Shown here in pieces: positions 56,365 through 64,000 of a DNA stretch of 64,000 bases. A program made the translations under genes and the position numbers. The stretch spans positions 124,001-188,000 of IMG/VR virus record IMGVR_UViG_3300017917_003143, one strand, 5' to 3'. The stretch's first letter is position 1, and each line of letters opens with the position of its first letter. Below the pieces are notes generated by a model, which made no database searches, was not told where the DNA came from, and was given only the letters and a program-made list of their open reading frames with translations.

Positions 56365-56525
56365 TGGGATATTTTTCAAACTTGGCCCTGGACATCGAAG
56401 AGGCCTTTTGTCAAGGTGCCACTGTAGATCAACTGGCCAGACAGTTCAATCTCAGCAGGGAAGATGTACGAGAGTTCATTGATCAGCTGGACGAGTGTGA
56501 TCGCGACCCTGCGGAATTGGGTTGA
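56361..56525 (+). CDS. small hypothetical protein (54 aa), possible HTH
   Basis: VDQLARQFNLSREDV; ATGA overlap. Confidence 0.6.
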   Translation: MMGYFSNLALDIEEAFCQGATVDQLARQFNLSREDVREFIDQLDECDRDPAELG

Positions 56526-56550
56526 CCAGAAATGGCCCATTTGTTATAAT
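56522..56550 (+). promoter_or_regulatory. sigma70 early promoter TTGACC-17-TATAAT
   Basis: second GGTTGACCAGAAA copy. Confidence 0.75.
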
Positions 56551-56571
56551 AAAGAAAATAAAGGAGCAGAC

Positions 56572-56799
56572 ATGTATAGATCAGACATTGAAGAATACGA
56601 CACACGGCACGGTGGTGCATTTGATCGTGGTAGTGCAGACAGTTATTATGGCCGTCCACGCCGTCCTCACCTGTATCTAGGTGGCACTGGCAACAGTCCC
56701 GAAATCACAGCAGACGTCATGGACCCTGCAGACATCGAAGCCTACAATGCAGGCTACGATTGGAACGAGCGTTATGGTGACAAAAAGAATTGGGATTGA
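56572..56799 (+). CDS. hypothetical early protein
   Basis: SD AAGGAG, promoter upstream. Confidence 0.75.
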   Translation: MYRSDIEEYDTRHGGAFDRGSADSYYGRPRRPHLYLGGTGNSPEITADVMDPADIEAYNAGYDWNERYGDKKNWD

Positions 56800-56800
56800 A

Positions 56801-56989
56801 ATGACAGAAGTAAATTCATTGGAAGCCATGTTGGTCCACAAGGACATGCAGGACAAAGGATATACCAATTTTAGCATCCGTCCAGGCAACGATTGTGTCT
56901 GGGCCAGTGTAAGTCGTGGCAACGGCATTTGGTTGGATTTTTATTATATTTTCCGTGAAGGGCGGATCGTAGACATACAGGTGGACTAA
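56801..56989 (+). CDS. hypothetical protein
   Basis: ATG right after upstream stop. Confidence 0.6.
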   Translation: MTEVNSLEAMLVHKDMQDKGYTNFSIRPGNDCVWASVSRGNGIWLDFYYIFREGRIVDIQVD

Positions 56990-56990
56990 A

Positions 56991-57143
56991 ATGGTCAGTG
57001 TGATGAAGCGAGCGAAACAACGCAACTGGGTAGCGAAGAACAACTTCAATCGCCCTGTGCGCCATCGCGACCCTACACAATATCGTCGTAACGAAAAACA
57101 TCGGGTGGACTATGCAAAAGAAGCGAGCAATGACACGAAATAA
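56991..57143 (+). CDS. small Arg/Lys-rich protein (50 aa)
   Basis: RNWVAKNNFNR..RHRD..YRRNEKH; not in ORF track. Confidence 0.55.
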   Translation: MVSVMKRAKQRNWVAKNNFNRPVRHRDPTQYRRNEKHRVDYAKEASNDTK

Positions 57144-57483
57144 ACTCATAGACTGGGATCTTGCAGACGATCGGTTCATGATGATGCAGTTCAGTGAAGA
57201 CTTCAAAGGTAGTACGGAACGCTATTTGTTGAATGGCTATGCTCCAGGTGGATTCGCCACTGCCATGCTGGCCTGCGACATGGAACGTGCATTGTATTCA
57301 GCCGATGTGCATAACCGCAAAGTATTTTGGGCCATAGCCATGTGGGTGCGTGAACGGGCACCTGAGGGTTCGTGGGGTAGTTACGAAGCAGTAGATGCTT
57401 GGTGCCGTGACACAGACGGTCGCCGTAGCAGATTCAAAGAGCAATATGACAAGGAGTCAGTATGGCTGACACTGGTAAAATGA
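57130..57483 (+). CDS. hypothetical protein
   Basis: coupled ORF. Confidence 0.65.
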   Translation: MTRNKLIDWDLADDRFMMMQFSEDFKGSTERYLLNGYAPGGFATAMLACDMERALYSADVHNRKVFWAIAMWVRERAPEGSWGSYEAVDAWCRDTDGRRSRFKEQYDKESVWLTLVK

Positions 57484-57914
57484 GATTCCTAAAACGCTTT
57501 CCCGAAAGCAAGCATGAGCAAATCAAACAGCTCATGAGCTACATCACTATGTGTGGTGTGAGTGGTCGCGACCTTGTGAGCATTGGTGGTTACATTGACC
57601 GCCAACGTGCCAACGAGCAATATCAACTGGCCAAGGCTCGTGTACAAGAATACATTGATCAGAAAACTATCCGACCCATTGGTGCAGATCGTCCTGATCA
57701 GATCGTCAATCGTTTCAAGTTCAAAACCATCAGCGGCGACTATAACTTTAGTGGCGATTGGGGTAGTTGGGAAGTGGTCAGTGCCAAGACCAAGGTACGG
57801 CAACGATACCACTCAACATCTCGCTCATGGCCCAGTCACTTGCATTATAACCGTCGCAGTTTTTACGACATGGTGCTGGATATCATTGAAGGCAACATTC
57901 AACTAAACTTTTAA
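57480..57914 (+). CDS. hypothetical protein
   Basis: ATGA overlap. Confidence 0.65.
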   Translation: MRFLKRFPESKHEQIKQLMSYITMCGVSGRDLVSIGGYIDRQRANEQYQLAKARVQEYIDQKTIRPIGADRPDQIVNRFKFKTISGDYNFSGDWGSWEVVSAKTKVRQRYHSTSRSWPSHLHYNRRSFYDMVLDIIEGNIQLNF

Positions 57915-57922
57915 GGTAGTAT

Positions 57923-58369
57923 ATGAAGATTGGTTTTAGTTATAGCCGTTGTGTTCGTGACATCGTTGATGGTGTAGTCAACATTGATGATGTTCTGGTC
58001 ATTATCTCTCGCACGGATTTTGATCCCAATGATGATGGACAGTGGGCCAGCATCTGGAAGGGCTACGGTGGTGGCGAAGGTGGCAGTGAACTCCGCGGAC
58101 TGTTCAGTGGTAGTCTTCCAGAATGGGGCAAGTATGGTGACGACATGGAGCAACAGGTTCGGGATATTAGCCGGCAACTCTGGAATGAAGGCAAACTACA
58201 TCAGCCTAGAAAGTTTGGTGCCCATCCTCGCCGTAGTTCCTATATTTGGGTAGACACAGGTCCTATTGGACACGAACAATATCAACAACCCGAGGCAGTG
58301 CAACAGGCATGGCAAAACTATCTTGTACTCAATGCCCTGACTCGCAACAAGGAGTATGACCATGGATGA
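57923..58369 (+). CDS. hypothetical protein
   Basis: ORF track. Confidence 0.7.
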   Translation: MKIGFSYSRCVRDIVDGVVNIDDVLVIISRTDFDPNDDGQWASIWKGYGGGEGGSELRGLFSGSLPEWGKYGDDMEQQVRDISRQLWNEGKLHQPRKFGAHPRRSSYIWVDTGPIGHEQYQQPEAVQQAWQNYLVLNALTRNKEYDHG

Positions 58370-58580
58370 CATGCTTTATCGAGTAGTACGCAATCGGTGC
58401 CAGTGCCGTCAATGTGATGATATCATTGAGAGCCGGCATAGGCACGATTTTGTGTCGTGCAAGTGCGGTGCTATCTTTACAGATGGCGGTACTGCCTACA
58501 TCCGTCGTGGTGCCAAGGACTTTGCTGACATTATTGACCTTTCTGAATACGAACTCAAGGAGATTAACCATGGAGTATAA
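58356..58580 (+). CDS. small zinc-finger protein
   Basis: CRQC...HDFVSCKCG..DGG. Confidence 0.7.
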   Translation: MTMDDMLYRVVRNRCQCRQCDDIIESRHRHDFVSCKCGAIFTDGGTAYIRRGAKDFADIIDLSEYELKEINHGV

Positions 58581-58800
58581 GATCGACGGCTTGACCAAAA
58601 AGCAGGTAGCTCTGTTGGACATCATGTGGACTCTAGATGACGAACAATCAGTTGAAAACTTTGTCCGTAGTTTGCCTGTGGCAGATCAGCAACAAGCACA
58701 GAGTCTCAAAACTTTGCTGATACACGAAGCCCTGGAAGAATGGTTGGAAGGCATCACCGAGTTTCCTGATGCCGCAGAAGTGATCGAAAGGGTGAAATAA
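58570..58800 (+). CDS. hypothetical protein
   Basis: SD AAGGAG; internal start. Confidence 0.65.
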   Translation: MEYKIDGLTKKQVALLDIMWTLDDEQSVENFVRSLPVADQQQAQSLKTLLIHEALEEWLEGITEFPDAAEVIERVK

Positions 58801-59471
58801 TGTTGGCCTATGAAAACATCTACGCTATCCGCGATGCAGAAGAACGCCTGCGTGGGAACTATCGATGGGGCACAGGTAATCACACCCGAGACAGCGATAC
58901 TCTGTTGGTGTTTACCATTGGACCCAAAGCCGAAAAGGATGCCACCAACAACTTGGAGTTCTTGATAGCTCTGGGCCAAAAACACAAGGCCAGTCATCTT
59001 GTGTTGCATGGAAACAAGATCCAATATCTAGCTGATCATGCCAACAATGGACTGGAACAAGATCTGTTGCCGCGAGAATGGGTCAAAAAATATCTGGAAT
59101 GGGTGGATTCTAAAAATCTAGAGTTTGGAATACAAGATTCCGGGCAGGGTTTTTGCCACAGTTTCAGACCCTGGCGACGTGCTTTTGCCACACGCAAGAC
59201 ACACGGCATCTATGATTTGGCCACTGGTCGTAGACTGACCAATCGACAAGAAATCATCGAGCGCATGTGGGATCATGGCTTTGCGGCCTGGCGCGGTCGT
59301 CCACTCAGTGTGGCCAATATCAAGTGGTCTGGTTCTAGAGAAGATCTGGAAGATCTTACCCATATCGCTGATCGATACTGGAGTAGGCGCCATAAAAGCG
59401 ACATGGCCAAAAAGATGTGTTCGGCTTATACTTCGATCAATCGCTATTGTGCTTGGCCAGGGGCTTGGTAA
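58800..59471 (+). CDS. hypothetical protein
   Basis: coupled ORF. Confidence 0.65.
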   Translation: MLAYENIYAIRDAEERLRGNYRWGTGNHTRDSDTLLVFTIGPKAEKDATNNLEFLIALGQKHKASHLVLHGNKIQYLADHANNGLEQDLLPREWVKKYLEWVDSKNLEFGIQDSGQGFCHSFRPWRRAFATRKTHGIYDLATGRRLTNRQEIIERMWDHGFAAWRGRPLSVANIKWSGSREDLEDLTHIADRYWSRRHKSDMAKKMCSAYTSINRYCAWPGAW

Positions 59472-59472
59472 C

Positions 59473-59709
59473 ATGAGCATCGTACGCAACACAGATACTT
59501 GGATTCCCAACGAAACAGGACTGTATGAGTTGGCTGAAGATCGAAAAAATACCATAACCTGTTTGGCCGGGTCCGAAGAAATGTTACGCATTGGTCCGGA
59601 TGGGTTTTGGGTACGTGGTGTCAAAGTCGAGCAGGATGACAAGGAAGCTGAAACCGTGTATAATGCTTTCAAAGAGTTCCTAACATGGTCGCAACTGACC
59701 CGTAGATGA
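59473..59709 (+). CDS. hypothetical protein
   Basis: internal ATG after upstream stop. Confidence 0.6.
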   Translation: MSIVRNTDTWIPNETGLYELAEDRKNTITCLAGSEEMLRIGPDGFWVRGVKVEQDDKEAETVYNAFKEFLTWSQLTRR

Positions 59710-60165
59710 ATGACTACACTATACAAAAAAGTCGGACGTAGATATGAGCCCGTTGCCGAATACAGCAACGAAGCCATAGATAGTTTTCCTCGAGGTACGC
59801 ATCTTGTGATGTGTTATCCTGGCGGACAAAGTCGACGTTTCAACATTGATCCTGCCTATGCTCCCTTGATTGCGGCTGGCCGAGTAGCAGAAGATGCTAT
59901 CTGCCGTGCTATCAGTAAAGCCAGCGAACTACGTCCACAAACAACACCGCTGACCAAAAAGCAGAAAGAGGCATGGGAAGCTCTAAAAGAATCGTTCGGA
60001 GACGAGATCAGTACCCTTCGAGGTCTCAGCATACATGACTGCGCCGAAGCAGGTGTGCAGGCCATGATCGCAGAAGCAGAAAAACTCATGACTCATCAAA
60101 GTGTGCGACAAGCATACGATCATTTTTTATTGGTATGCGAATTAGCCCGAAACCCAACGACATGA
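59710..60165 (+). CDS. hypothetical protein
   Basis: ORF track. Confidence 0.7.
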   Translation: MTTLYKKVGRRYEPVAEYSNEAIDSFPRGTHLVMCYPGGQSRRFNIDPAYAPLIAAGRVAEDAICRAISKASELRPQTTPLTKKQKEAWEALKESFGDEISTLRGLSIHDCAEAGVQAMIAEAEKLMTHQSVRQAYDHFLLVCELARNPTT

Positions 60166-60437
60166 TCAAGATGCCACACAGTACGTGGCAAGATATCATG
60201 TTGATCCTTACACAAGAGTACCGGGATGAGCCCAGTGTGCTGTTGATACGCGACAAGATGCGTCGTGTGTTGGGTTTCACTCAACGCTATCACAAGGAAT
60301 GGGTAGAAAAAGGCACCCGAGAAGATGGCCGAAATTATGGCTATTATCGAGAATACACTGTGTTAGACTTTTACAACGAGTCAGCCAAAAGCTGGTTCCT
60401 GATCAAGTTTGCTGAACAACTCAACATTATGAAATAG
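60162..60437 (+). CDS. hypothetical protein
   Basis: ATGA overlap. Confidence 0.65.
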   Translation: MIKMPHSTWQDIMLILTQEYRDEPSVLLIRDKMRRVLGFTQRYHKEWVEKGTREDGRNYGYYREYTVLDFYNESAKSWFLIKFAEQLNIMK

Positions 60438-60443
60438 GATTAA

Positions 60444-60659
60444 GTGAATTTTTGGTCATTGTTAATCGCTCGTGTGATATCAGGTGTGATGAGCATCTTG
60501 GATGCCAGCAACCTTCGCAACCGTGTGTATGACCTACAAGACGAACATGAGCTGATGTGGACTGCCTTGGATGATATCAAGCGCATGTATCCTGATCATG
60601 GGAGTGCCGAATTTGCCCGCAGAACGCTAGAAAAAATAAAAAGGACTTACGGACGATGA
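60444..60659 (+). CDS. hypothetical protein
   Basis: GTG start. Confidence 0.55.
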   Translation: MNFWSLLIARVISGVMSILDASNLRNRVYDLQDEHELMWTALDDIKRMYPDHGSAEFARRTLEKIKRTYGR

Positions 60660-60928
60660 TAGATTACTACTACGAATTTCCGCACGGACATAGTGTGTTT
60701 GGTGAACACACACGCTATGCTCTCATGCGAGGATATCATCCTGAACAAGCATCTACTTCACAACACTTGTTTCATAGCCAGTGTTGCATTGAAGCTACCA
60801 GAGTATGGTTGGAAAACGCCAACGGCGCTGTGTTGGTACGACAGCATGGTCGAGACACTCATGAAAAGATCCAACCCAAGGAGTTGACATGGATCAAACT
60901 ACAAGCCCGAGAGATAGAAATACTCTAA
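60656..60928 (+). CDS. hypothetical protein
   Basis: ATGA overlap. Confidence 0.6.
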   Translation: MIDYYYEFPHGHSVFGEHTRYALMRGYHPEQASTSQHLFHSQCCIEATRVWLENANGAVLVRQHGRDTHEKIQPKELTWIKLQAREIEIL

Positions 60929-61356
60929 AAGGCAAGACACTGCGGCGCAGAGTCATACTGCGTGAGCGTGATTATTTGACCTTACATCGTGAGGCCTTGG
61001 CCTGCGGATATCACAGAACTGACTGGGAACCTGTGACCTACGAGAACATACGTCGAGAAATGACCTGGCAAGTGTTACGTGGTGCGGATTTTGAAAATAC
61101 TTTGTTTTTTAGTACACGAGAACAACGTTACCGAGACAACCTATCTGAGTGGCAAAAGAGCTTGCTCAAAGTCATCGACGATGAAGAAAAGTTTATGCGT
61201 CAGTACATACATTGGCTCAAACAAAACAATCGACTGTATAATAAACGTTGGGATCATTGGTCCTGGCGAGTGCAAGACAGTGGCATTGAAATACGTTGGG
61301 CGCAAAATCGCGAGTATGAACCCTTGGGTGTGGCCACCCTGGAGAGAGATTATTGA
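60889..61356 (+). CDS. hypothetical protein
   Basis: SD AAGGAG. Confidence 0.6.
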   Translation: MDQTTSPRDRNTLKGKTLRRRVILRERDYLTLHREALACGYHRTDWEPVTYENIRREMTWQVLRGADFENTLFFSTREQRYRDNLSEWQKSLLKVIDDEEKFMRQYIHWLKQNNRLYNKRWDHWSWRVQDSGIEIRWAQNREYEPLGVATLERDY

Positions 61357-61610
61357 TGGATCTTGAAAAAGCCATACTTGATGAAATGAGCCAGCAGTTG
61401 GCCAATGAAATGGACCAACACATCCTGATTGGTTTCATGATCGAGCTGGGCTGGTATGAAATCATAGTGGATCCTTGGCAACACGGAAGTTTATCGGCTA
61501 TACAGGGTTGGATCAAAAACAACATCACAAATCCACACATGAATATGGGCAACCGTTGGGTGTTTGAAAATGAAAAAGATGCTACAATGTTTGCATTAAA
61601 GTGGAGTTGA
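61353..61610 (+). CDS. hypothetical protein ending F-x-L-K-W
   Basis: coupled ORF. Confidence 0.65.
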   Translation: MMDLEKAILDEMSQQLANEMDQHILIGFMIELGWYEIIVDPWQHGSLSAIQGWIKNNITNPHMNMGNRWVFENEKDATMFALKWS

Positions 61611-61611
61611 C

Positions 61612-62172
61612 ATGACAGCAGATGAACTACGACAAGGTATCTTTTTATTGAATACAAGACGATTTGGCAAAGTGGCCGAAGTCATGATCAAGCTGATCAA
61701 GCAGTTGGGCAAAGGTAAAAACATCTTCCATGATTTGTACGACGAAACAAAGAAACAGCGAGTAGAAGTCAAGTTCTCCACTGTGCGACAGAGCTTGCCC
61801 CCGATCACAGAAGCAAACATCCTGGAAAGCATACAAGCAGAGATGCTGGCCAATCGTGCTGTAAAGTTTAAGAACTGGAAAAAGCACGATTTCTGGTGCA
61901 ACATACAGCAGGTAAAGAAAACTGAATTTGAAGTCTTGTACTACGGATTGTTTTTTGATGACTGCATCAAGATCTTCCGCATCACACCTGATCGCATTGA
62001 CGCCACCATTGGATACAACAACAAACAGCACAAAGGCAATGTGGGAGAAGGTCAATTCCATATCAACCCGGAAACCTTACAGACTCACTTAGACAACTAC
62101 TTGATACAGACACTGAGCTATCAAGATCTATTAAATCTATTATCACCATGTACACCTCCAACATCCGAGTAG
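61612..62172 (+). CDS. putative PD-(D/E)XK endonuclease
   Basis: FGKVAE...HDLYD...VEVKFS. Confidence 0.55.
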   Translation: MTADELRQGIFLLNTRRFGKVAEVMIKLIKQLGKGKNIFHDLYDETKKQRVEVKFSTVRQSLPPITEANILESIQAEMLANRAVKFKNWKKHDFWCNIQQVKKTEFEVLYYGLFFDDCIKIFRITPDRIDATIGYNNKQHKGNVGEGQFHINPETLQTHLDNYLIQTLSYQDLLNLLSPCTPPTSE

Positions 62173-62429
62173 ATTATGACGATCCTCCAGTGGGTCGTGC
62201 TTACATAGTCAATAAAAAAATTTGGAACGATGACACACAACAATTTGAACCTCGTGTGTTTATACGTATCCATTGTACTTCTGCTGAGCTAAGAACGCAG
62301 AAGGAATGGATGACTGCACAGTTTGGGGAAGCTCGTTATCAAGGATCATGGTGGTACCAAGAACTCACTAATGATCTTTGGATGGCCGATAGTTTGGCTA
62401 CATTTTGGTATCTCAAAAACGGTAAATGA
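62148..62429 (+). CDS. hypothetical protein
   Basis: overlapping ORF. Confidence 0.6.
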   Translation: MYTSNIRVDYDDPPVGRAYIVNKKIWNDDTQQFEPRVFIRIHCTSAELRTQKEWMTAQFGEARYQGSWWYQELTNDLWMADSLATFWYLKNGK

Positions 62430-62443
62430 CGCCAAAAAAATTA

Positions 62444-62472
62444 TTGCTCTCTAAAGATTATTCCAGTATAAT
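62444..62472 (+). promoter_or_regulatory. sigma70-like promoter TTGCTC-17-TATAAT
   Basis: intergenic, A-rich upstream element. Confidence 0.55.
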
Positions 62473-62502
62473 AAAAACATTATTAGTTTCAAAGGTTGTA
62501 CA

Positions 62503-63561
62503 ATGTCCTATTTCCTCAAGTCAGGCAACACTTTCCGAGTAAGTTCCAAAGAAGCCATGGATCTACATGATCGGCTGCCTGCTGGCAACTACGTGATCAA
62601 ACAGGATCCATTCAAAAACTTTTACCTTGAGCAGATCGAATCGTTTGAGATCACGGGCAAGATCTACGGTGACACTTTAAAGAACACCGACCGTATCCTT
62701 ACCACCTTTGCTGATCGTCCCAACTCCACTGGTGTCATGCTCACTGGCGAAAAAGGTTCAGGCAAAACACTCTTGGCCAAGAATATCTGTGCCCAGGCCT
62801 ACCACAATGGTATCCCTACTATCGTGATCAATGCTGATTGGCAGGGAGATGCGTTCAATGCCTTGATCCAAAGCATCGAACAACCCACTATCATCTTGTT
62901 TGATGAATTTGAAAAGGTCTACGATCGCGAAGGCCAAGAAGCTATCCTCACACTATTAGATGGTGTGTTTCCTTCAAAGAAATTGTTCGTGCTGACCTGC
63001 AACGACAAATGGCGTGTTGACAGCCACATGCGTAACCGCCCTGGCCGTATCTTCTACATGCTGGACTTCAAAGGTCTGGATGCAGAGTTCATCCGCGAAT
63101 ACTGCGTTGACAACTTGAAAGAAAAACAGCATACCGAACAGATCTGCCGCATCGCTACCATGTTTGACGAGTTCAACTTTGACATGCTCAAGGCTGTGGT
63201 GGAAGAGATGAATCGTTTCAACGAAACACCGCAGGATGCCATGAAGATGTTGAACGCTCGTCCGGAGTTTGCTAACGAAATCCGGTATTCTGTGGAACTC
63301 ACTGTGGATGGTGAAATCGTACCCAAAGATCGTCTTGAAGACGATGTGTGGCACGGCAATCCTCTGAGCCAGGTCATCAGCACAGATTATCGGGTGCCCG
63401 GACTGGATGGTGATTTTGACTGGGAGAATGTACGTTTCTTCACAGAAGATCTCAAACGTGTAGATGCCAATGGCGGCAATTTTGTGTTTGAGAACGACAG
63501 TGGCAAACGCCTCAAACTAACTAAAATCAAATCCAAGGGCTTTAACTACTGGGCTTTTTAA
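62503..63561 (+). CDS. AAA+ ATPase
   Basis: Walker A GEKGSGKT, Walker B ILFDEFEK, TCN, RPGR. Confidence 0.92.
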   Translation: MSYFLKSGNTFRVSSKEAMDLHDRLPAGNYVIKQDPFKNFYLEQIESFEITGKIYGDTLKNTDRILTTFADRPNSTGVMLTGEKGSGKTLLAKNICAQAYHNGIPTIVINADWQGDAFNALIQSIEQPTIILFDEFEKVYDREGQEAILTLLDGVFPSKKLFVLTCNDKWRVDSHMRNRPGRIFYMLDFKGLDAEFIREYCVDNLKEKQHTEQICRIATMFDEFNFDMLKAVVEEMNRFNETPQDAMKMLNARPEFANEIRYSVELTVDGEIVPKDRLEDDVWHGNPLSQVISTDYRVPGLDGDFDWENVRFFTEDLKRVDANGGNFVFENDSGKRLKLTKIKSKGFNYWAF

Positions 63562-63579
63562 TTTTTGTTAAATATCTTT

Positions 63580-63861
63580 ATGAGCAAAGAAGAAGATAAA
63601 ATCAAACACTCTCGGCGTTTGCTCAAAGATGAAAACGCCATTAAAAAGCAATCCAAGATTGCTAAATCACATGGATTTCCCACTGGTCCTGAGCATAGAT
63701 TATCAAAGATCCATGCTACCACTTGCGGAGATCCCAACTGTGCTATGTGTGGTAATCCTAGAAAGTTTTTCAAAGAGCCCACAGTACAAGAAAAACGTCT
63801 ATTCCAAGACATTGACACACCCACCGACCGCAAGAGCAATGGATTAAAAACTGATGAGTGA
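63580..63861 (+). CDS. small basic Cys/His protein
   Basis: H..TCGDPNCAMCGNPRK; TAAATA 5 nt before ATG. Confidence 0.7.
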   Translation: MSKEEDKIKHSRRLLKDENAIKKQSKIAKSHGFPTGPEHRLSKIHATTCGDPNCAMCGNPRKFFKEPTVQEKRLFQDIDTPTDRKSNGLKTDE

Positions 63862-64000
63862 TTTGTTCGACGATGCAGATGCCGCAACAGAATTTTGGCT
63901 ACAAACAAACTTAAATCGTAGACCCAAGGTGCCAGCCACCACAGGCTACTGTTTGGTATGCGAAGAGCCTACCCCTGGAGCATTTTGTTCCAAAGAATGC
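63854..64000 (+). CDS. TraR/DksA-like C4 zinc-finger protein (partial)
   Basis: DDADAA acidic tip; CLVC...FCSKEC; runs off window. Confidence 0.6.
   Translation, partial: MSDLFDDADAATEFWLQTNLNRRPKVPATTGYCLVCEEPTPGAFCSKEC

Noticed and set aside
1062-63908. Numerous antisense or alternate-frame ORFs in the track (e.g. 7835..8416, 39462..40043, 59118..59777)
   Set aside because: They are shadows of motif-bearing genes, with no motifs or RBS.
1-64000. Stop-codon reassignment, tRNAs, CRISPR, retroelements
   Set aside because: Core genes are intact in the standard code; no cloverleaf, spaced repeats or RT motifs were found by eye.

Overview
This is a dense, almost entirely plus-strand segment of a large T4-like (Caudoviricetes) dsDNA phage read in the standard code. 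The host is probably Gram-negative, judged from an autotransporter-like gene. No tRNA, rRNA, CRISPR array or integrase was seen. Four zones are visible. (1) At 0-20 kb, genes under TAAATA late-type promoters include many ORFs starting M-R-A-x-E-F/L, like the T4 capsid-targeting signal, and two giant modular proteins whose domains are separated by hydrophobic-x-Glu sites. These look like head-packaged, protease-processed cargo. This zone also has Dps and a divergent amidinotransferase/PLP-enzyme/dioxygenase cassette. (2) At 21-27 kb are a radical SAM gene, family B DNA polymerase and a probable clamp. (3) At 27-56 kb, a 7-deazaguanine pathway (TGT/DpdA-like, DpdL-like, FolE, QueD, QueE; no QueC in the window) is interleaved with glycosyltransferases, GalE, methyltransferases, SGNH proteins, a Gpt-like PRTase, an MBD4-like glycosylase, a restriction-like nuclease, a subtilase autotransporter and RNase H. 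(4) At 56-64 kb are small early genes behind consensus sigma70 promoters, plus an AAA ATPase. All family calls come from motifs read by eye; no database search was run.
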